DNA of 32,151 bases from Spirochaetaceae bacterium (lineage in GTDB: Bacteria; Spirochaetota; Spirochaetia; Treponematales; Breznakiellaceae). The stretch is from NCBI GenBank assembly GCA_031279965.1, contig JAITHM010000014.1, forward strand, positions 1 through 32,151. Reading direction: 5' to 3'. Below are positions 16,990-25,900 of this stretch, one piece after another. The stretch's first letter is position 1; every line of letters begins with the position of its first letter. The notes beneath the pieces are model-generated. The model saw only the letters and a program-made list of their open reading frames with translations, was not told the DNA's origin and did no database searches. A program made the translations under genes and the position numbers.

Positions 16990-18336
16990 ATGGATAATGT
17001 AAGAGCAATGTGTGCAGAGACGCTTAATTGCCTCGCCGGACTTTCTCTTTTTGGGGGAATTAGGTCGTCGCCGATAATCAAGGCGCTGGAGCGGCTTATG
17101 TCTCTTATTGAGGGGGCTCAGGCAGCACCGCGTCAATTTATTGAAGGGTGGGCGGCGTTTTTAAACGTCTTTGCTCAGCACAATAAAAACCGGACATTTT
17201 TTATGTATTTAACAGATCTTATCATTAGCGATGAAAATATTTTTACGTTAAATGCTGAGCGTGGTGAGTTTAACAACGTTTCGCTCCTTGCCGAAATTGC
17301 CCGTAACGACCTTAAACGGCTTGCTGTTATTGGAGATTTTGACATTCCCATGGCGGCGCTCCACATTACTGATGAGCTTTGGCAGGCCGGTTTTGAGGAT
17401 TTAGCCCGTGTCATTGAAAATAGTGTTCGTACTATTGGAGAGCTTAAAGCAAAAAACTACACATTACCGCAAAAAACCTTCCCCTACGGCCTGCTTAACA
17501 CGCAAGACCTTACAGAACTGTGCGCGCATATCAAAAAACATGGAGCCGGCAGCCTTGCCCAACATCATTTTTTTTACTGGAAGCAGGGTGAAGGACTCGT
17601 TCCGGCATACAATCCAGATCCTGTGCGTCTTGCCGGTCTTTCAGGATACGAAGATCAGCGAAATACCGTCATCGAAAATACCGCACGTTTTCTTGCGGGG
17701 AACGGGGCCAACAATGTCCTGCTTTATGGCGACCGGGGAACAGGAAAAAGCGCCACTGTTAAAGCGGTATGTAACGAGTATAAAAATCAAGGGATCCGGC
17801 TTGTTGAAGTTCGCAAACAGGATTTAAGCGAGATTCCCGTCATTCTTTCGACGCTTGCCCAACGCGGCCTTTTTTTTGTGCTTTTTATTGATGATCTTTC
17901 GTTTGAGCATCAAAATGATGACTTTACCCTGCTCAAGGCCCTTCTTGAAGGAGGCATTGAGGCAAAGCCGCACAATGTTGTTGTTTATGCAACAAGTAAC
18001 CGGCGCCATTTTGTGCGGGAACAATTCAGTGACAGACCAGGCATTACTGCCGCCTCTGATGATGTCCGCGCCTTTGACACTATGCAGGAACAGCTTTCTC
18101 TTGCCGACCGTTTTGGCATAACGCTTGTTTTTAGCGCTCCATCACAGGATGAATTTATTCGTATTGCTGAATTTCTTGCGGAAGAACGGCAACTGTTTAC
18201 CGGTTCAGGCGTAGACCGGCAAAAGTTTCGGGAAAATGCCATTCGTTGGGAACGATGGTTTAATGGACGTTCACCCCGTACCGCACAGCAATATGTTGAA
18301 TGGGCGGCAGGCGGAGAAGGATTCCCCTGGGAGTGA
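16990..18336 (+). CDS. AAA-type ATPase, DUF815-like, with a long N-terminal extension
   Basis: Has a P-loop (LLYGDRGTGKSATVKA), Walker B (FFVLFIDDLSF) and ATSNRRH. I recognise no motifs in the N-terminal 230 aa or so. Confidence 0.75.
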   Translation: MDNVRAMCAETLNCLAGLSLFGGIRSSPIIKALERLMSLIEGAQAAPRQFIEGWAAFLNVFAQHNKNRTFFMYLTDLIISDENIFTLNAERGEFNNVSLLAEIARNDLKRLAVIGDFDIPMAALHITDELWQAGFEDLARVIENSVRTIGELKAKNYTLPQKTFPYGLLNTQDLTELCAHIKKHGAGSLAQHHFFYWKQGEGLVPAYNPDPVRLAGLSGYEDQRNTVIENTARFLAGNGANNVLLYGDRGTGKSATVKAVCNEYKNQGIRLVEVRKQDLSEIPVILSTLAQRGLFFVLFIDDLSFEHQNDDFTLLKALLEGGIEAKPHNVVVYATSNRRHFVREQFSDRPGITAASDDVRAFDTMQEQLSLADRFGITLVFSAPSQDEFIRIAEFLAEERQLFTGSGVDRQKFRENAIRWERWFNGRSPRTAQQYVEWAAGGEGFPWE

Positions 18337-18339
18337 CGG

Positions 18340-18699
18340 TTACGAAAAAAAAGCTACAGATTCGCGGAGAATTTCAGGGGTGAACGGCTTGATAATATAC
18401 CCTTTTGCCCCCTTACGAACCGCTTTTTGAGATGTTTTGTCTTCGGAATTTGCTGTCAAAAATACAACGGGTATGTTTTTGAACTTTTCGTTGTGCTGTA
18501 ATTCATCAAGAAATTCAAGGCCGGAAACACCAGGCATCTCAATATCAAGAAGAAGAAGGCTTGGCGTAATCGTTTCCAATGCGGCACGGGCGGATTTTAC
18601 ATCCGTGACACAGCGGATGTCATAAATTTCTTTAAGCGCGGCGTTAATGCTGGCAAGCGCTTCTGGCATATCGTCAACGGCAAGAATAATTTTTTTCAT
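18340..18699 (-). CDS. Single-domain CheY-like response regulator
   Basis: MKKIILAVDDMPE..., LLLLDIEMPGVSG (phospho-acceptor Asp region) and KGAKGYIIKPF are present. The ATG at 18699 is preceded by GGAAGGAG. The ORF-track extension to 18825 lacks homology-like sequence and would overlap the prfB start. Confidence 0.85.
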   Translation of the reverse strand: MKKIILAVDDMPEALASINAALKEIYDIRCVTDVKSARAALETITPSLLLLDIEMPGVSGLEFLDELQHNEKFKNIPVVFLTANSEDKTSQKAVRKGAKGYIIKPFTPEILRESVAFFS

Positions 18700-18832
18700 A
18701 ACCGGTAATGCTCCTTCCAGAGAATTTTTCTTTACGTTACCGTGCCTTGTCAAAACAGTCAACCTAGGGCAACGCTGATGGGACTCTGGCAGGTGGTAGA
18801 CGATGATTCCGCAGGAATGATACACTTACACC

Positions 18833-19946
18833 ATGTTGTTGCAGGAACTTGGAACACCGGTCTCTGGTCTTTTCAAAAATATTCTTGAGACCTGGAGGCG
18901 GCTTTGAAGCGGCTGACTTTGCCGCGAAAATAAGCGCTCTGGAAGCAAAGAGTGCTGCGCCTGATTTTTGGAATGATTCTGCCGGTGCCGAGAAGGTTAT
19001 GGCAGCATTGAAAGCGCTCAAACTGCGCTATGAGCCGTGGAAAGAACTCAAAGCCGAAATCGAAGACCTTGTTGCTCATCTTGAACTTGCAAATGAAGCT
19101 CAGGATGAAGGCGAAGCGGCAGAAATCGAAGCGGAACTTGCACAGCTTGGCCAGCGGTATGAAAAACAAAACATCATCGAGCTTATGCCTGGCGAAGTAG
19201 ACAGTGCAGGCTGCTTTCTTACGGTACACAGCGGGGCTGGAGGTACGGAAGCCTGCGACTGGGCGGGCATGCTCTACAGAATGTACCTGCGCTGGGCAGA
19301 ACGAAAAGGTTTTGCTCTTGAAGAAGAAGACAAGCTTGAAGCGGAAGGCGGCATAAAAAGCGCAACGGTTAAAATTGACGGTGCTTACGCTTATGGCAGC
19401 CTAAAAGGAGAATCCGGCGTTCACCGTCTGGTTCGCATTTCTCCTTTTGATGCTAATGCCCGCCGTCATACAAGTTTTGCCTCGGTTTATGTGTTCCCCG
19501 TGCTTGATGATTCAATTGAAGTTGATGTCCGCCAGGAAGACCTGCGGGTGGATACGTACCGGTCGGGGGGAGCAGGCGGTCAACACGTTAACAAAACAGA
19601 CAGTGCTGTTCGTTTTACTCATCTGCCGACGGGCATTGTCGTTGCCTGCCAGAATGAACGCAGCCAGACCAAGAACCGCGCTATTGCAATGGCCATGCTC
19701 CGCGCCCGCCTTTACGAATACTACCGGCAGGAAAAAGAAAAAGAAAACGAACGCTTTGCTCAGGAAAAAAAAGATATTTCCTGGGGTAATCAAATTCGTT
19801 CATACGTGTTTCAGCCCTACACGCTGGTTAAAGATTCTCGCACCAAAGCAGAAACGGGTGCGATTGCCGCTGTTATGGATGGCGACATTGATATGTTTAT
19901 AGAAGGTTATTTGAAATTTGCATGGGCACAAGGAGCGCATACATGA
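18833..19946 (+). CDS. prfB: Peptide chain release factor 2, expressed through a programmed +1 frameshift
   Basis: Frame 0 runs from ATG 18833 to CTT 18902-18904, followed by an in-frame TGA at 18905-18907. The +1 frame resumes at GAA 18906 and runs to 19946. It contains the SPF motif (RISPFDANARRHTSFASV) and the GGQ motif (SGGAGGQHVNKTDSAVR). Confidence 0.9.
18894..18907 (+). promoter_or_regulatory. prfB +1 frameshift site (internal SD-like GGAGG, 3-nt spacer, CTT TGA)
   Basis: The sequence is TGGAGG CGG CTT TGA A. The architecture and SD-to-CUU spacing match the E. coli prfB site AGGGGG UAU CUU UGA C. Confidence 0.85.
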
Positions 19947-21043
19947 CTGCAATAGCATTTACCGGCGGAGGGACAGGCGGTCATATCTATCCGGCGCTGG
20001 CTCTTATTGGAGTATTACGGGAAATTTCGGATATTGACGTGTTTTGGATTGGGCATAAAAGCGGAATGGATCGCGCGCTTGTTGAAGGCGCTGGAGTCCG
20101 CTTTTACGGCATACGTGCGGGAAAACTGCGCCGGTACTTTTCGCTTCGCAATGTAAGCGATCTTTTTAGAACATTGTGGGGGGTAATTGGGGCGTGGCGT
20201 GTGCTTGCGCGGGAACGTCCGGCGCTGCTTTTTTCCAAGGGCGGCTTTGTTAGTGTGCCGCCGGTACTCGCCGCCGCATTGATGAAGATTCCCATTCACA
20301 CCCACGAATCTGATTTTAGCCCGGGGCTTGCAACAAAAATCAACGCCCGTTTTGCCGCCTGTGTCTGGACAGCGTATGAGGAGACGGCGCGGCGTTTTCT
20401 AAGATCGCTTCGTGGAGGGATCCGGTATGTGGGGAACCCTGTGCGTCCCGCGTTTTTTAACGCACAGCCTGAACGGGGGCGGGCTTTTCTCGCTGCCGCA
20501 TCGGGCCAGGCGGTGGAGAAAGGCCGGGCTATTCTGATGGTGCTGGGAGGGAGTCAGGGAGCGCACGAGATCAACAATCTTGTCGCCGCCTGCCGCGATC
20601 AGCTCTGCCGTCATTTTTTTGTTGTTCACCAAACCGGCGCAGCCGCCTCCCCGGCACCTGCGGCCATGCCGGGCTACTTCCCCATCGCCTACATCAACGA
20701 TGAAATGCCCGATGTGCTTGCTGCGGCTGCGTTAATACTGGGCAGAAGTGGGGCGGGTACTGTGTGGGAAGCTGCGGCAGTGGGTGTGCCGATGGTTCTG
20801 GTTCCTCTTTCTGGGCCAGGGACACGTGGTGACCAGGTAGAAAACGCCGCATATTTTACCGAAAAAGGTGCGGCCTGCACGCTGTTAAGCCCGAGTGCAG
20901 ATGAACTGTACGCCTGTATTGCAGAGCTTGCCGGTGATGCGGAGCGGCGGACGGCGATGGCGGCGGCGGCGCGGCAGATAGGGGCGCGGAATGCGGCGCG
21001 GATTATTGCCCAGGAACTTGCCCGTTTTGCAGGGGGGGTATAG
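19943..21043 (+). CDS. murG: Undecaprenyl-PP-MurNAc-pentapeptide UDP-GlcNAc transferase
   Basis: The N-terminal FTGGGTGGHIYPALA is present, with the C-terminal GRSGAGTVWEAAAVGVPMVLVP. The start forms an ATGA overlap with the prfB stop. The ORF-track start is 19922. Confidence 0.9.
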   Translation: MTAIAFTGGGTGGHIYPALALIGVLREISDIDVFWIGHKSGMDRALVEGAGVRFYGIRAGKLRRYFSLRNVSDLFRTLWGVIGAWRVLARERPALLFSKGGFVSVPPVLAAALMKIPIHTHESDFSPGLATKINARFAACVWTAYEETARRFLRSLRGGIRYVGNPVRPAFFNAQPERGRAFLAAASGQAVEKGRAILMVLGGSQGAHEINNLVAACRDQLCRHFFVVHQTGAAASPAPAAMPGYFPIAYINDEMPDVLAAAALILGRSGAGTVWEAAAVGVPMVLVPLSGPGTRGDQVENAAYFTEKGAACTLLSPSADELYACIAELAGDAERRTAMAAAARQIGARNAARIIAQELARFAGGV

Positions 21044-21050
21044 CCGCATT

Positions 21051-21539
21051 ATGTCCGTTTCGATGGTGGACATTGTTTTTATCGTGCTTTTTTGCATTAT
21101 TGTACTACTCGCCGCCTTGCGTGGTTTTGTTACCGAGCTTACCGGTACCGTATGGTTTGGCGGCGGGCTTCTCTTTGCTTTTGCTTTTTTTCGTGAGGGG
21201 GCGTTTTTCATACGCGCCCATTTTTTGTCTGAGGTGCCGTATCTCCCTGAAATTCTCGCCTTTGCCGGCCTTTTCATGCTGATTGTATGTGCGGTAAAGC
21301 TTGCCGGCGGCATGCTCCAGGAAATTGTCGAGCGGGCTAATCTTAAAACAATTGATCATGTAGCGGGGCTTGTATTTGGTTTTTTCAAAGGCATTGTAGT
21401 TATCGCCGCGCTGATTTTTATAATCAGCATTCAGCCTCTCTTTGACGGGAACAAACTTCTTAGTGAAAGTGTTATCGCAAAATACCTTACCCCCAGCCGG
21501 ACTTTTATTGAAAAAGCGATGGAGCCGCGTAATGTTTGA
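21051..21539 (+). CDS. cvpA: CvpA-family membrane protein
   Basis: Four hydrophobic helices are present. The N-terminus MVDIVFIVLFCIIVLLAALRGFVTELTG resembles the CvpA family. I prefer the start ATG 21051, 7 nt after the murG stop. Confidence 0.7.
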   Translation: MSVSMVDIVFIVLFCIIVLLAALRGFVTELTGTVWFGGGLLFAFAFFREGAFFIRAHFLSEVPYLPEILAFAGLFMLIVCAVKLAGGMLQEIVERANLKTIDHVAGLVFGFFKGIVVIAALIFIISIQPLFDGNKLLSESVIAKYLTPSRTFIEKAMEPRNV

Positions 21540-22848
21540 AAACATCATCGGGCAAAGCGCTGTTGAAGCGCTTAAGCGTGATTTTACTCAGGGGCAGCTT
21601 CCTCCGTCAATTCTTTTTTGGGGGCCGGAAGCGTCGGCGAAAGGTACGGCGGCGCTGGAACTTGCCCGCGCTCTTTCGTGCGAGGCTGAGGGCGCGTGGA
21701 ATTGTTCGTGCCCGTCCTGCATCCTTCATCGTACACTTTCTCATCCTGATGTGCTTTTGCTGGGGCCCCGGTCTTTTCAGGCTGAAATCGCGTCGGCGGC
21801 GCCTGTTTTTTTAGCCGATTCTGAGAATAACGCTGCCCGTTATCTATTTTTGCGCGCTGTTCGCAAGCTTCTTGCCCGCTTTTCGCCCGTGCTCTGGGAA
21901 GGCGATGCTAAAATTTCCAAGCTGAATAAGCACTTGGAAACAATTTCTGATTGTCTTGAAGAACTTGCCGCGAACAAAAAGCTTGAAAAACTCTGCGAAA
22001 AAATTATTGGTGCTTGTACTGAGCTTGAATCTGAGGGGGTAGCCCTGATGATACCGGCAAGTCAGATACGGCACGGGTCGTACTGGCTGCGCATGGCGCC
22101 CAACGGTAACCGCAAAGTGATGATTATTGAAAATGCCGACAAAATGAACGATACGGCGCGGAATTCACTGCTTAAAATTCTTGAAGAACCGCCTGAACGG
22201 GCGGCAATCATTCTAACGACGGCGCGTCCTAAAGCTTTGCTTCCCACAATACTTTCGCGTTTGCGTCCCTATTATTTTACCCGCCGGAGCGCCGGTGACG
22301 AAGCGGCCGTACTCAAACGAATTTTCCGGCAGGAGCATGAATTTCCGCGGGAATCGCTGCGCCGTGATGAAAACATGATTCAAAGCTTTCAAAACAACTT
22401 TCTGCCTGTACCGGCAAAAAGCCTTTACCCGCCGGCGGCGTATTTTTGGTCGTCGCTTGCGGCGCGGGCAATTTCCCGTGCACGGGAAGAACGGAAAGCA
22501 GATCCGGCAGGTACGCTTGTTGCCATTGGAAAGTATTGCGCCCCGCGTGCCGGTGCCGGGGGCCTGCCCGCCCATGACATGAGCGTTAAGGCAATAAGCG
22601 CCATCATCATGAAGGCGGCGGCGCAGTTTGAGCCGCGTTCTCTTTTTTCGCAGTTCATCGGTCTGCTCTACGAACTGCTTGGCGAGGCGCTTAATGGAGC
22701 CGCCGGTGCGGCAGAGCTTCGCTGCCGTGATGACTTTCGTCATTTTGCCGAAGAAGCGAGAACAGCTGTTGAGGTTTATCATCAAACTCCTGTCCTGGCG
22801 CTTGAATGTCTTATCGAACAACTCACCCGCGCTTATTCGCTGCTATGA
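21532..22848 (+). CDS. holB: DNA polymerase III delta-prime subunit, with an extended C-terminus
   Basis: IIGQSAVEALKRDFTQGQLPPSILFWGPEASAKGTAALELARAL is followed by the Zn-module CSCPSC. VMIIENADKMNDTARNSLLKILEEPP and ILSRL are also present. The ATG at 21532 overlaps the cvpA stop. Confidence 0.8.
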   Translation: MFENIIGQSAVEALKRDFTQGQLPPSILFWGPEASAKGTAALELARALSCEAEGAWNCSCPSCILHRTLSHPDVLLLGPRSFQAEIASAAPVFLADSENNAARYLFLRAVRKLLARFSPVLWEGDAKISKLNKHLETISDCLEELAANKKLEKLCEKIIGACTELESEGVALMIPASQIRHGSYWLRMAPNGNRKVMIIENADKMNDTARNSLLKILEEPPERAAIILTTARPKALLPTILSRLRPYYFTRRSAGDEAAVLKRIFRQEHEFPRESLRRDENMIQSFQNNFLPVPAKSLYPPAAYFWSSLAARAISRAREERKADPAGTLVAIGKYCAPRAGAGGLPAHDMSVKAISAIIMKAAAQFEPRSLFSQFIGLLYELLGEALNGAAGAAELRCRDDFRHFAEEARTAVEVYHQTPVLALECLIEQLTRAYSLL

Positions 22849-22874
22849 CTGGAACGCGCCGTAAAAAAAAGCGC

Positions 22875-22903
22875 TTGACATTGGAGAGATTTTGTCGTAT
22901 ACT
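22875..22903 (+). promoter_or_regulatory. Near-consensus sigma70 promoter of the giant-lipoprotein operon
   Basis: TTGACA (22875-22880), an exact 17-nt spacer, then TATACT (22898-22903). A 5'-UTR hairpin AGGAAAA-ggtt-TTTTCCT lies at 22913-22930. The RBS AAGGAG is at 22944-22949. Confidence 0.6.
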
Positions 22904-22957
22904 TGCGTATTCAGGAAAAGGTTTTTTCCTTTAAGTTGATTTTAAGGAGAGTTTGTT

Positions 22958-25900
22958 ATGAAGCGACGAATGATGATAGGCGTAGGAATACTTGCGGTGT
23001 TGATAGGTGCCGGTGTTTTTTCATGCCATGGGGCTTCTTTTTACGACGGGTGGGGTGATAAAATTGATGATCAGACGAAAAGTCCTTTTCCTGGCGAAGT
23101 TCCCTTGCTGGAGAGTCTGACTATTGTTCCGCAGAAGGGCGGCGATCCTCTGCCGCTTACGCCGGTATTTGTACCGCAGACGAACATGTATCAGTCGTAT
23201 TCGTCGCTGGCCGAGATGGGCTTATACGAAATAAAAGCTACGGTTAAAGAGGGGTCAAACTATAAGATATCGTACGTGAACGGGCCGTTATTTACGCCGC
23301 TTACGGTAACGTATGTTATTGTTACGGTAACGAACGATGACATTAAAAACAGCTATGTTGTCGCGTTTAATGACGACAATATGCCCTATGCCAAGCTTAA
23401 ATTGCTTGGTTTTTCCGAAGGCGAGATAACCACTCCGGCGGAAGGTTTTAACTCATCAATTAAAGATTATAATGTAACGGTTCCCTATGGTACCAAGTCG
23501 GTTATGGCGGCGGGGGAGCCTGAGCAGGAGAGCGGGCAGGTTATTTACAGCGAAGCGCCGCTGGATTTAACAAAACGGCTGACGATGGTGGTGCAGGTTG
23601 TCGCGCCTGGCTACAATGTTGGTTCGTATACGGTAACATTTTTAGAGGCAACTCCCCAGGCTTCGTTTTTAGAGTATTTGGAGCTGTCTGTTGGGTCGTT
23701 GGAGCCTGCGTTTAGCCGCGACAAGACGGAAGGGTATACGCTTACGCTTCCGGCGTCCACGCCGCTTACGCTTAAAGGGCACATAGCCCCGGGCGGCGAA
23801 GTGACCTACAGCCAGGGGATAGCGAAGCCGAACAATGCACAGTATATACCGAATCCCAAGGGCGGATCGGATTTATTAACGATAACAGCGCATAACGGTG
23901 TAGGGTATGCGCCCAAGGAATATGTATTCGAGCTGGTTTTGGATTCAACCACGCCGTATGCGTCGTTGTCGTCGTTGTCGGCAACGATAGATCCGCCGTC
24001 AGACTATTTAACGTGGTACCGGCGGGACGGCGGTTCGCGGGTGCCGGAGGTAAGCGGCTCCGGCGTGTTTAGTCCCGATGTGCTTAACTACGAACTGTAT
24101 TTAGAGAGGGGTCAGCCGAGCGCGGGAACCTTAACCTTTGCTGCGGCTGCCGGTGCGGGAATAGCCAATGCAACGATCACCTATGAATATTTGGGGCCTG
24201 CCAACGAGGATAGCGAGGCGGTATTGAACTTTCGTTTTGACGAGCGGATACCAATGCGTGTGCGGATAAGTGCGCAGGGGTACCTGCCGGTTACCTATCA
24301 TGTTGTTATAAACAGCGCGGCCGACTATAAGCCGGTTGCCTTGTTAAAAGGGTTAACGCTGGTTGGCGCGAATCTGGATCCTGCGTGGGATCCGAACGAT
24401 CCTGCACAGGATTATTATCAGGCGGTAGGGCTGCGGGGGAACGCGCTTATTGTGCAGGGCGTTCCAGAGAAAGATTTTTTCCATGTTACCTACAAAGCGG
24501 CAAAGTCGATAGCGGCGCTGGAAGACAGTGTTGCAATAACGGTACGGGTTGATGGCGGGGAAACCTACCAGCCTATGGAGTATGTAATCCTGGTTGCCGT
24601 GCGGCAGAGGATGAAGCCGCTGCTTTCGCTGTTAAAGGCAGGCGAGAAAGATATAGAGCTTATAGAGGGGCAGTTTGCCTACACGGTAGCGATAGAAGAT
24701 GTGGCGCAGGTAAAAATACCGTATGAGTGGGAGTATGCCACGCCGCTGGATATTGATACGGCTGTCCATTCGTTAAACGGCCTAACGTGGACGGCGCCGA
24801 ACGACGCGCCGCCCCAGGCGGAGATTACGGTGGCGGAAGGGAATACGGCGTTGATGCAGATAAAAATTACCTGCAAAGACAAGACCGAGGCGATCTACCA
24901 TATCTACATGACGCGGGACGAAAATAACGACGAGACCCTCGTTCTTAAGGATATAGAGAGGAATGGTAAAGGCCTAGAAGAATTTAGTCAGAATAAAAGA
25001 AACTATACGGTCTATGTAGACAGTCTTAGTCAGCAAACAATTGAGGGAATACTGTCTGATGAGATGATGAGTAGCCGCCCGGGAATAAAGGTAACATACC
25101 GGTTGAGTGGAGAAATTCTCTGGAACCCTGAACCTGCGAAGTTTAGACTGCAAGCAGAGGCACCAAGAAACACGCAAACAGTAAACATACGTGTTTCGCT
25201 TGGCGGTGCAAAGAATGTCTACTCGGTAACGTACATCTGGGCGGAAAAACTGTTTAAGATAACTGAGGTGACGTATACAGCGAGTATGGGGAAGGTTGAG
25301 ATAGAACCTCTCTCTGCAACAACGACGGGGATACCGGGAGGGGCGCCTTTTATGGTAAGGCAGGTGCCGAATAATGGTTCTAAGATAGGAATAGGGCAAA
25401 CTCCCCAAGATGGCGGACTGCCTGTGATTAGGAGTAGTGATAACGGCGTTGAACTGGATACTGCTATTGACGGATCTGTGCCGGCATCTCCTGTGCCTGC
25501 AATATTTTACGTAAAAGAAATGCCCCCGAAGGATGTAAAATTAGAGTTGTTTTTTGTCCAGGTAGATAGTACTGATAATAAACTTGATATGCTTGATATT
25601 ATAGATAAAGATGGGAATAAATCATGTATGACAACAGCGTTTGTTCGTACAAATAGTAGTGTAAAGGCATTCTTGACGAACAATCAAGGGGTAACGGTCA
25701 AAGGGAAAGCTCCTTTAAGCAGCAATATTTATTACAAGATAATTAAAGTTGGTGCGGCAGCAACTCCGCTGAAGGCCAGTCTTACTGCGACAAGAGAGTT
25801 CAACTTTGATATCGATATGCCAATCCCAATGAGTGTGGTGGTTATATTGGAAGTGCATCCAAATAACGCAGGTTTAGGGGTTACGACCTATATACTTGTT

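Noticed and set aside
18700-18825. N-terminal 42-aa extension of the response regulator (ORF-track start 18825)
   Set aside because: The receiver domain begins at MKKIILAVDD, which has a good GGAAGGAG RBS. The extension has no regulator-like sequence. It would also run to within a few nt of the prfB start codon and occupy the divergent promoter region.
20991-21531. Longer ORF-track starts for cvpA (20991) and holB (21442), and 19922 for murG
   Set aside because: The extensions overlap the preceding genes by 50-100 nt and encode non-conserved-looking peptides. Internal ATGs at 21051, 21532 and 19943 give canonical family N-termini and the typical short overlaps or gaps of coupled genes.
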